From assembly GCF_016432865.1 (NCBI RefSeq), contig NC_067398.1:1364001-1428000 (forward strand): a stretch of 64,000 nucleotides of DNA, in the 5' to 3' direction. Origin of the DNA: Antechinus flavipes (lineage: Eukaryota). The notes under the pieces were generated by a model. It was not told the origin of the DNA. It saw nothing but the letters and a program-made list of their open reading frames with translations, and made no database searches. Positions 12,020-22,510 of the stretch are shown here, piece after piece (position 1 is the first letter of the stretch; every line of letters begins with the position of its first letter). The translations under genes were made by a program, and so were the position numbers.

Positions 12020-12420
12020 GATCCAGGATACCTGTTACAGACACAGTACGAAGGGTGTCTCCAGTTCTTAATCAATTGTGACGCTGAAATGGAATAATTC
12101 GTTCTCAGGGAGGTGTGAATGGAGATGTCTTCCAGTCCTCTCCAAAAGACGTTTAAGGCATGCCCAAAGCTTTCATGGAAAGGATTGATCCAGGCTTTGA
12201 ACGATGGTTCCACCCTTTTGCCCTGTTGTTGATGATTAGACTGAGTAAAATAGAGTCCCAATAGCTGAAGGTGGTGTGAAGATGCTCCCAGAATGGGGAA
12301 GCCATCAGAAGAGTGGTACCAAAATCCTTAAAGTCTTGTCTTGCACGCTGGCTTTTCAAAGATTGTTCCATGGAATCCCAAGGTTCGTGGGATAGTTTCT
12401 AAATTGAGTTAGAACAGGTT
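12020..12420 (-). mobile_element. Possible ancient CR1/L3 ORF2 fragment
   Basis: Minus-strand frames read PWDSMEQSLKSQRARQDFKD and KRVEPSFKAWIN, loosely like the CR1 linker PW...FKD / PAWMN. Weak match judged by eye. Confidence 0.3.
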
Positions 12421-13424
12421 CATTAGTGAGCTTACGGATTGAAAACATTTAAATCTATCGCAGGTTTTGGTGTCTGATTTTGCCTCGTGCTTCACCTTTA
12501 TCATCTTTGTCTTGTTTTAGAGTGGACATTTGTTGCGATGTGTGGTCAAGAATTGAGTTTCAAATCCTTCAGCTGTTGGGCTGTGTGCACAGATGCTGGG
12601 CGGTCACCCCCGTGGAGGAGAGGGAAAAGGGGGAGCAGCACCCAGGCACCCACCTGGGGATCTGGAAGTGGTCACTGAGGCCCCATAAGATCCTAAACAT
12701 GGCATAAGGCTGCCGGGCAGGAATCCGCCACCATGCTATCAGTGCGGGTCTGCTGGGCGGTGAATGAGTGGAACCGCTTTCTGCAGGAGAGGGGAATTGA
12801 GAATAGTCTGGCTTACACAGCACTCTGGGGATTCCCGGGACCCTGCTGTGGCGCGTCTGGTGCTCTCTGGAGATTGGGCCGGATGTCTTGCGCCCACGTT
12901 ACTTTGGGAATGTGGCTCTTCGAGTGCCTCTGTTCACATCTGGAACAATTTACTGATGGGTAAATGCATTCCAAGCTCAACTACCTGCCTAATCAAGCCT
13001 TCCCCCCGCCCCAAAGACGATGAGATCATCCAAGCCGGGAGGGACCGTAGAACTCACCGGCTGATGCCTTCCTCGCTGAGGTGAGGAGACTGGCCCAGAG
13101 AGAGGGTGACAAGGCAGTCAGTGGTGGAGCTTACGGATATTTTCTAAAAAGTTAATTTTTTTAAAATTGCAGTTTTAACAATAACAACCACACACATCTC
13201 AAGCCATGAAGAACAGGGTAGAGGACTCCACAGACCGGAAGCTTTTGGCCTTGACACATTGGGCTCCAAATCCAGGTCCAGTACTGTTTCTACTTTTCAG
13301 CACTACTTCTTATTGGAACCCATCTGGAACAAGCTGTTTATGTGTCTCTGTCCACCATTCCCTGGTCGCAAGAGCATCTGAATGTCATGGAACTCTGCCA
13401 CTACCCACACCCTCCCTTTACACT

Positions 13425-13690
13425 GTTAGTGGATAGGTTGCTGGGCAGAGTTAGGGAGACCTGAGTTCAAATCCAGCTTCAGATTTTTAAACTATATGAG
13501 CCTAAATTCAGACTGGAATCAGACTTACCAACTATGTAACTCTGGGCAAGTCACTTCTGTCTGCCTCAGTTTTCTCAACTGTAAAATGGAGATAACAATA
13601 ACCTCTATTTCCCACAACTGACGTGAGGATAAATGAGGTGATATTTATAAAGTGGCTGGTTCATAGAAGATACTTAATAAATGTTTATTT
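13425..13690 (+). mobile_element. MIR/CORE-SINE
   Basis: GAGACCTGAGTTCAAATCCAGCTTCAGA...CTGGGCAAGTCACTT...CCTCAGTTTTCTCAACTGTAAAATGGAGATAA. Confidence 0.8.
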
Positions 13691-13699
13691 CTTTCTCAT

Positions 13700-14800
13700 C
13701 AAAGTAGAGAAAGGCCATTAGCTCCTTTTTTCTCCATAGGAAAGTATGTTAGTTCATAAAACCCTGGCTACTACAGGCTTTTCTTCTTCCAGAAGAACAC
13801 TCTCCATAATAGCCATTAATCTTAGAAGCATCAATAGACAGTGAGTCTGTTTTGTTAATCTTAACTTCCTGGTTCTCAAAAGCAGGACCTCTGTCCCAAT
13901 CCTATAGTTGATTTAGGATTAGAAAGTCCTTGTGCCTCTTATTCAGTATCTGATTTCTAGTGTCTACAGTTCTTCAGAATTACTTTGGAGGATCTTTCCC
14001 ATAAAGAACTAAGAATCCTCTTGCTTTTTTCAAACTGAAGACTCTTTTTGGAATCTTATGGAAACAAGTAGGAGAGGGAAAGACAAAGGAATAACACTTT
14101 CCTAGGTAGAACCACTTAATCTCTTTCCTTTATGAGTTTATAGCTCCTTTTTTCAATTGGTTAACTTTCTTTTCATAATTTTCTTGAATGCTAAAAGTTT
14201 TTACCCTATTTTTCCTCATTCTTATTTGATTTTTGGATATCTTTTAAATTCTTCCAAGATTTCTTGGACCATTGGATATTACTTTTGGGTAAGAGTGGCT
14301 TTTTAAAAAATATTACTTCATTGTCTTGCTCTGAATATGAACCCAAGTCTTCTTTTGCACCAAAATAGCTATCACTGGTCTTTTTCCTTTGCTTGCTCAT
14401 TTTTTTTAATTTGTTTCACTTTGTTTTTAATCAGCTCAATATTAATATTATCAAGTTTTAATCCTGAGTTGTCGGTAATGTTACCCTATTTTAATCCCCT
14501 CCATTCTTTCCTTTTTTTTTTTTTTTTAGACTGTAAGTTCTTTTCATTTAAATTTTTTAAATTTAATAGAAAATAGAAAGAAAAGAAAAATAAAACAAAA
14601 GAAAACAAAGCAGAATATTGTCATGTGCTCCACAGAATGTTAGGGAGGATTCAAAATAGAGCAATGAATTTCCAGTTCAAGAAACGATGTATGATAGTAC
14701 AATAAATTCTATTCATGAGAGTCCATCTTTTCTTGACTTCCTTGTAGGTTGTTCTTTTGTTCTCTGCTGTGCACTTTTTTCACTTTGTTCTTTTTCCCCT
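13700..14800 (-). mobile_element. Degraded L1-derived AT-rich block
   Basis: T-rich strand with a poly-T at about 14511-14527 and L1-like 3'UTR after it. The assignment is by resemblance only. Confidence 0.45.
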
Positions 14801-16194
14801 TTCATCCCCCGAAGCAGGTTAAACACTGCTATATTTAATAGTTACACACACAGAGACACGGAGACACACTTAACTGCTGCCCCACACGTACATATACATT
14901 CACACCCATCCGCAGACCCCACACTTCCCTTCATTGTTTCCTCCCAGTTTGGACCTTTATCATGTGACTGATGGTGACTCGCAGCCTCAGGCTTTGGCTT
15001 CCATCCTCCCCGTGGACACAGCCTATTTTACGCCAGAGCTCATGTGGCCGATGACTTTATATTGGCATGCGGACCTCTCTGAAGGGCACGGTGGATTACC
15101 GGGTGGACCTCTCTGAAGGTCATTGGGTGGACTGGGCTGCCCTCCTCCCTCCTGGATGCTTTCTGGAGCCTTCTCTGAGCCCCAGGCCCATTAGCATGAG
15201 AAGATAAATATCAGGGCTTGTGAGCACTGGCTCCCCAGCCCGAAGGGCTTGTTGGGAATTGTTGACCCTGTGGGGACCACCCTGCCTGAAGCATGGATTC
15301 ATTTGACAGGAATAAATTCAGTCACAGGAGAGAGGTGAGAAAACAAGTGAAGCGATGTTTGCAGCCGCCTGAGAGATCCTTTTGTGTGTCCCAGGAGGGC
15401 CCATGGGCCCCACAAAGGAGCTGGAAACATGCTAATTAGCCTACGGGCTCCCTGGTGCTGGACACCCTCTGGTAAGATTCCCAGCACCGAGGATGAAAAA
15501 AGGAACGGCTGAGATCTCGCCTCGGCAGTGGTCTGAGCCACGCCGGGAAGCTCTAGAACCCAGGACCAAGCGCTGGAGGGCCCGATTCAGGACTGGTCCC
15601 AGGGGAACCCAGGCCAAAAAGCAACTGGCAACAGAGCTCAGATGTACAGATGTGAATCTAGACCTGGACTTTCACCAGTTCAGTTTCTTCAGTGAGGCAG
15701 GTGAGGGCACCGCCCTGTTGGGCACAGGAGGTGGAGGGCTGGACAGGGCGGCCATCACTGCAAGGATAGAGGGGGTACCTGGGGAAGGTGGAGCTCACTG
15801 AGAGATGGACGGTTTACCACCTGACCAACTCCCCTGCTTGCCCCATAGGAGGACCTCAGCCCCACCCTGTAACCCACCTAACTGGGCCATCTCTCTGCCA
15901 GAGTCCTCCTCTCAAAACAGCGAATTTGTGGGTGGGCAGCACTGCGGACCCTCGAAGGCTTCAGGACACTGCCCAGGATCAGGGAGACAGCCGGAGGAGG
16001 GGGCTTTGCTTCTTTCTTCTCCCTCCCCCTCTCCGCTCCTCAATTTCCAGCTATTGAGACAAACTGAGGCCTCTTAATTCCAACTCTAATCATGAAACAA
16101 AACACAAAGATGGAGGGAAGCTGTGACAAGGGACCCCTGAAGATCACTTGGACATTCCCTGGCAGCGGGACCCTCGTTGTCTCATTTCCTCATG

Positions 16195-16710
16195 TGTAAG
16201 GTGGGCACTGGGGCAGCCCCTGCCCACAGGCATCTTGGGTGTTCCCAATGAGGATTCTCAGGCTCCTTGTCTGTAAGGTGGGCACCGGGGCAGCCCATGT
16301 CCATGGGCATCTTGGGTGTTCCCAATGAAGATCCTCAGGCTCCTCATCTGTAAGGTGGGCGCCGGGGCAGCCCCTGCCCATGGGCATCTTGGGCATTCCC
16401 AATGAGGCTCCTCAAGCTCTTTGTCTATAAGGTGGGTGCCGGGGCAGCCCCTGCCCACAGGCATCTTGGGTGTTCCCAATGAGGATTCTCAGGCTCCTTG
16501 TCTGTAAGGTGGGCACCGGGGCAGCCCATGCCCATGGGCATCTTGGGTGTTCCCAATGAAGATCCTCAGGCTCTTCATCTGTAAGGTGGGCGCCGGGGCA
16601 GCCCCTGCCCATGGGCATCTTGGGCATTCCCAATGAGGCTCCTCAAGCTCTTTGTCTATAAGGTGGGCACCGGGGCAGCCCCTGCCCATGGACTTCTTGG
16701 ACATTTCCAA
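16195..16710. repeat. 77-bp minisatellite with a 231-bp (three-unit) higher-order period, about 6.7 copies
   Basis: Units start at 16195, 16272, 16349, 16426, 16503, 16580 and 16657. Diagnostic variants recur every third unit. Confidence 0.93.
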
Positions 16711-18045
16711 GCCATCAGGCTTCCCACTCCCTGCCCTTATTGCTCCTGGTGAGTCCCCATGTGGGCTGTGATTTATTCTGAGCTACTTAATGCTCTGGTG
16801 CCATTGACTGTTCCCCAACTCCCCATTCTCTGGCCACGGCCACAGCCCGGGATGGACGCCCCTTCTGGGTTTCTGGAACCTGGGCCTGACCGCCGGCTCT
16901 CTAGGGGCCGGGGAGCACGGTGGCAAGTTCCACCTTGTCCCACATCCCACGCAGTGCTCCTTCTCCCAGGGGGGCTGCCATAGAAATCCTTTAATTCTTT
17001 AGGAAACATCTTTTCTCTGAAGATCTCCCTGTGGCTCCCTCTCTGGGGCGAACATCCGCCTACTTTCTGGCAGAACGCCAGACCGCGTCTGCGGCTCCGG
17101 ATCAGAGTGCTGGGCTCTGGGCTGGTCCAGAACTGGCCAGGGAAGAACCGCGTCCCAAACGACCTTTGGCAATGACGGGAGGCAGGGGAGGGGGCAGAGC
17201 GGGGGCCAGCCCCGCCCGCTGCCCTGGGAAAGCTGACTCGGCCTCGGGGAGGCAGCTGGGCTTGGGCACGGAGGCAGTGGCGGGCACTCTGCCCAGGGAA
17301 GCAGGGGGTCTGCCCCCCGAGGCAATGATCGATGCATCTCTGCCCGCTTGGCCACAGTCACTGCAGCCGTGGGCTGTGTCCTGCTGGCCGGGGGAGCGTT
17401 ACCTGCCGGAATCGGGGAGCAGGACGTGGGCAAGGGGCTGATACGGAGGCATGAGGGCGGCAGGAGTGGCCGGCCCCCATTAATCATTGTGTGCCCCCCC
17501 TCCGGATTTGTGCTCCCCCCGAGCTCGCAGGGACGGAAAGGCGGAGCTCAGGGGCCACTTCTCTCTCTCTCGAGATGCCCTAATGCTCTAATGACTTCAT
17601 TCCCCTTGGTGAGCTGGAGAGAAATCCCAGAATCCTCAGGCCCAAGAACAGATGGCGGCACCGGGCATCTCTGCCAACCGGCTGGCAGCCGTGACTAAGC
17701 GGCTCTGCCCACCGAGCTGGACCTAGCCCGGTTCCGCAGACTGCGCTGGGAAGGGAGCTTTGCAGCGGCTCCTCAGCCTTTCCTGGCCCTGCTCCTGCGG
17801 CCCATGTCCCCTTCCTGGGCGCCCGAGGAGGAGACACTCCCACGAGCCACCTTGTCACGGAGCCCACCGGAGGAAGACTGGGAGCCCGTGGAGGGAAAGG
17901 TGTGGGCTGCCCTTCCTCCCTCGCCGTCCTCAGCAGACTCCCTCCTTCCCTCCCAAGCCGGAGGCTCGAGCTCACAGTCCCGTGGCCGGAGCGGTCGGGC
18001 CCTTGGGAGGGGTGGGAAGCGTGACTTTCCCTGGGGGGCACAGAG

Positions 18046-18212
18046 GGTCTGGGAGCAGGTTCCGGGGGTCTCTGGGAGCAGGTTCCGGGGGTCTCTGGGG
18101 GTCTCTGGGAGCAGGTTCCGGGGGTCTCTGGGAGCAGGTTCCGGGGGTCTCTGGGAGCAGGTTCCGGGGGTCTCTGGGAGTCTCTGGGAGCAGGTTCCGG
18201 GGGTCTCTGGGA
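18046..18212. repeat. 23-bp minisatellite (GGTTCCGGGGGTCTCTGGGAGCA)n with truncated units
   Basis: About 6 near-identical copies plus partial GTCTCTGGG units. Confidence 0.9.
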
Positions 18213-18509
18213 CCCCTTCATTAATCTGCCTAAATGCAGCCAGGGATTAAAGTCCAAATCCTTTCCTGGCTCCTTCACTTGGGGCTGGGCAGCTTTCGGG
18301 GGACCTTGGGGATCTCGGGTTCAGTGGGGAAGCAAAGGAGGAGAGACTGCCGCCTTCTCCCCCGCCCCCTTCTCCCCCTGCCCCCGACCTGATTGGGGCT
18401 GAGCTTGTCCCAGCTTATAATCTCTCTCAACAAAGGTGGGAATCCTGTGGAACTGGAGAAGAACTGAGGGCAGACTGAGCTAGAGAAGTTCTGGTGTTCT
18501 CTGGGACAG

Positions 18510-18700
18510 AGCCAGTCTCACCTCCCAGGCCCTCAGGGCAGACTCGCCTTCTTAAAAGGGCAACACCATCCTGCCACGCCCTCTGGGGCCAGTCTCTCCT
18601 CCTGGATGGGGCCAGGCCCTCAGGGGAGTCTCACCTTCTTAAAGGGGCAATGCCATCGGGCCACATCCTCTTGGGCCAGTCTCCTCTACCGGAATGGGCC
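18510..18700. repeat. Old tandem duplication, about 80-bp unit, 2-2.5 diverged copies
   Basis: GCCAGTCTC...CCAGGCCCTCAGGG...CCTTCTTAAA(A/G)GGGCAA...CCATC appears twice, and a third GCCAGTCTC start follows. Confidence 0.6.
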
Positions 18701-19039
18701 AAGTCTTCTGGGGTAGTGTTACAGGGGGTCACCCCTTGTATTAAAAGGAACAGGGTGATAGTTCCTAGAGATGAGGAAACCTTGGGAAAAGATGCTGAGC
18801 CCTGCAGAATGGCTTTTCCATCCCTCTCCTTCCTGCAGGCCGGGAATTCAGAGCAGAGTTCCGGGAAGGCTGGCTTGTGGGCTCCCTTTTTATGGGGTCC
18901 TCATATGTTGGGGTGAGGGGAGCACCAAGCCGCCTCCCACTTGGGGAGATGGCCCTGTGGCAACAGATGATGGGGCCTCGCAGATGGGGAATTCTCGTTT
19001 TGGTTCCCAGGAGAGCGATCCTGGGATGGACAGAGACCA

Positions 19040-19473
19040 CAACAAAACAAAAATGCAGATAGTTCCCATTCATCTCCCAGTGTTCTTTCTTTGGGTGTAG
19101 CTGCTTCTGTCTATCATTTATCCATTGAAAATGAATTAGGTCTCTTTATCGAAGAGATCCACTTCCATCAGAATACATCCTCATACAGTATCGTTGTTGA
19201 GGGATATAATGATCTCCTGGTTCTGCTCATTTCACTTAGCATCAGTCCATGTAGGTCTCTCCAAGCCTCTCTGTATTCATCCTGCTGGTCATTCCTTACA
19301 GAGCAATAATATTCCATAACATTCATATATCACAATTTACCCAACCATTCTCCAATTGATGGGCATCCATTCATTTTCCAGCTTCTGGCCACTACAAACA
19401 GGGCGGCCACAAACATTTTGGCCCATACAGGTCCCTTTCCCTTCTTTAGTATTTCTTTGGGGTACAAGCCCAG
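19040..19473 (-). mobile_element. L1 fragment (ORF2 end and part of the 3'UTR), same family as 53027-53971
   Basis: Near-identical to about 53295-53715. The minus strand reads LYPKEILKKGKGPVWAKMFVAALFVVARSWKMNGCPSIGEWL. Confidence 0.9.
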
Positions 19474-20047
19474 TTCTCTGATTACTTTCCAGGGGGTGGA
19501 AGGAACTGACAGCAATGACCGATGGCCACGTTGCTGCCGACGATTGGTGACGAGAGAGTTGCCATGGGCTTGGAGGACAGGTCCCTCCAACGGTCAGAAA
19601 GGGTCTGTAGGCTGGAAAACTGGGCTCCCTTCCTGCTGATCATGCCCTTGCAGGGTTGGCGGGGACAGCAAAGGGAAGCTCTTTTTGTTTGTCACCATGT
19701 GCACAGCTCACACTAGGTGAACAAAATAGTATCAGACAAGAAGATGATAGGACATTCAGGTGGAGCTGAAAATTGATTTCTCCTGNNNNNNNNNNNNNNN
19801 NNNNNNNNNNNNNNNNNNNNNNNNNNNNNNNNNNNNNNNNNNNNNNNNNNNNNNNNNNNNNNNNNNNNNNNNNNNNNNNNNNNNNNNNNNNNNNNNNNNN
19901 NNNNNNNNNNNNNNNNNNNNNNNNNNNNNNNNNNNNNNNNNNNNNNNNNNNNNNNNNNNNNNNNNNNNNNNNNNNNNNNNNNNNNNNNNNNNNNNNNNNN
20001 NNNNNNNNNNNNNNNNNNNNNNNNNNNNNNNNNNNNNNNNNNNNNNN

Positions 20048-20245
20048 GAGGGACAGAGAATGTGAAGATGAAAAGCAGTATTAAAAGAAAAGAAAAGGAG
20101 AAAGAAAGAGAGAGACAAAGAAGGGCAGAAGGAGAGATAGAGGAGAGAAAGAAAGAGAGGAGGGAGAAAATGAAAGAAGTGAAGGAAGGGAATAGAGAGC
20201 TGGGGAGGGGGAGAGAGACAGGAGGAGAAGGAGGAGGAGAAATGG
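20048..20245. repeat. GA-rich low-complexity tract next to the N-run at 19786-20047
   Basis: Almost purine-only (agagagaggagaaagaaag). Confidence 0.75.
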
Positions 20246-21382
20246 AGACAGAGAACTACAGTCCTCACTTTAATCCTTCTCAGTTCCCCTACAAGCCCCT
20301 CTTCTGAAAGAGTTCCTCTCCAAGCCAGAGAACAAAGCAAAATCAATGTTCCTCCCCCTTACCCCCCTCTTACCCCAAGCCCTTGCTTTCCTATGCAGGC
20401 CCACCTCCCAAAGGGATGGGTTGTCAGTGCTCTCCCCAGCCCCCCACTTCCACCCCTGCTTCTGCCCCCTTTGCCCCCTCCCCAGCAGCGGGCAGCCCTT
20501 GGAGCTGCCAGTCAGGGCCTGGGCTGCCGGTTTGGGGCCGGGCAGGACAGGCTGACCTCATGTGACTTTCACTCTTGGTGTGAGAAGCAGCTGCTACCTT
20601 GGAGCTTCCTGGCTGGGATCAGGGAAGTCCTGGCCCCCCGGGGAAGCTGCTGCTCGGTTCTCCCCAGCGGGCCCGGGAGGCCAGTCCAGGCCCATCTCCT
20701 GGGCCGGCAGGCCCTGCCCCCGCTCGTGAGGGCCCTTATCCCGACTCATTGTCTCTCGCTGGGCTGGCGCGGCTGCCATGGCCATGTCCCCCAGGGCCAG
20801 CTCGCCGCCTGTTACCGCCCATCCCGGACTCGGGCTGTTTGAAGATTTGAAAAGCAAATCATTTGTGCCTTTCCACCCAGTTGCTAAAGATGCTGAGTCT
20901 GGTGCCCCTGTTGTGGGGCCGGGTGAGACCCCGGAGGCTGGCACTGGTCTCTGGGCCTGGGGCAGAGCCTCCTCCATCAGGCCCTTGGTCTGCACAAGTC
21001 TCAGGAGCCCCGAAGGGACGTGGCGACTCACACCTGGTTCTGGTGTCGGGCTGGGGGTGGGGCGCTGGGCCAGGAGTCCCAAGGCGAGCCCCCTCGATCT
21101 CACAGGCTTGCGAAGCTCCGCAGAGAGAGCCTTTCCACCCACTGCTTCACCCGCCACTGGGACGCCCGGGATGGCGGGAGGGGGTCCAGAGGGGGAAGTT
21201 CGGGGGGGCGGTTCCTGGGGGCTCCCCTGCCACAGTATCCGGAAGCCGCCTGGGTGGCAGGTGGGCAAGTGCTGGGCAGGACATGGAAGGTGGGGGCCCA
21301 TTGGGAAGGAGCCCCAGGTGGCGGGATTCCTGCTCGGGTACAGGCCGGACGCTCCCGCTCTAAGCTCCTTGAGGGCCGGGAC

Positions 21383-21939
21383 TGTCCCCAGAGTTAGTGA
21401 AGCACATAGAAGGAGCTTAAGAAGTGCCTGTAGACTGACTCCTATATAAGAGACAGACAGAGGCTCTCGGGGAGAGGTTCATTCCATTTCCCCTTGCCTG
21501 GCTGGTGGCAGAGGGGAGTTCCTAGATCGAGAGGGGAGCGTCAGGTGAGCTCAGCCAGAAGCCCTCTCTGAGGGAGGAGTCTTACTTGGGAACATTGACT
21601 GGGGCTGGAGAGGAGCACTCTGGGAGACTGAGAGCCAGAAGCCCTCTCTCCGAGGTGAGACAGATCCACCTCGGTGCCATCTGGAGGCTGAAGGAAGCAG
21701 AGTTAGAAGCAAAGGACAAAGCGTTAAGAGCTCTTAGAACCAAGCAGAGAGACAGGCCTCTAAGCTAACAGGGTTATATTGAGGGACACAATAAAGGATT
21801 TGAACTTTGAGCACCTGGCTGCATTTGGGGTAATTATTGATCTGAACTGATACCAAGGCTGCCTCCAGAAAACCTCCCCGAGAAACCTGCCCCCCCCAGA
21901 GAGAACCATCATATTATTTTAAAAGAAGAAAATCACACA
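21383..21939 (+). mobile_element. Solo ERV LTR (about 557 bp)
   Basis: TG...CA termini, near-TSD GGGAC/GGGAA, TATATAA at 21443 and AATAAA at 21790. Extensive similarity to the reverse complement of 37559-38126. Confidence 0.75.
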
Positions 21940-22034
21940 GGGAAGGGCTCTTCCATGGCCCACAGCTAGAACATCTCTCTGTCATGGCAGCCACAATTCC
22001 TGAAAGTGCCGCTGTCTTCATGAGTATCTTCAAA

Positions 22035-22510
22035 TAAATCTGGAAAGACTTAAATGAACTGATGCTGAATGAAGTGAAAAGAGCAGGAGAACATTGCACA
22101 CAGTAACAGCAAAATTGTACAATGATCAGCTTTGATAGACTTAGCTTCCCCCATCAATACAATGATGCAAGAAAATGATGAAAGACTCATGATGGAAAAT
22201 GCTATCATTATCATTATTACAACCAGAAAAAGAGTTGTGGAATCTGACTGCAGCTCAAAGCATACGATTTTCACTTTTTGTTGTTAATTTTTTTCTTTCT
22301 CGTGGCTTTTAATTTTTTTTTTTGTTTTGAGTCTTCCTTCACAACATGACTAATATGGGAATATGTTTAATATGATTGTACATTTATAATCTATATCAGA
22401 CTGTTTATCATCTTAGTTAGAAGGAGAGAGAGAGGGAGAAAAAAAGGAAGTAATCTTTTTAAAGTGGATGTTGAAAACTATATATGTAATTAGAAAAAAT
22501 AAAATACTAT
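22035..22510 (+). mobile_element. Old L1 3' end
   Basis: GGAAAGACTTAAATGAACTGATGCTGAATGAAGTGA...ACATTGCACACAGTAACAGC followed by 3'UTR and an A-rich end. Confidence 0.75.

Noticed and set aside
5561-16710. CRISPR-like appearance of the 48-, 34/68- and 77-bp hairpin-containing arrays
   Set aside because: The units are contiguous with no unique spacers, there are no cas genes, and the context is a mammalian genome.
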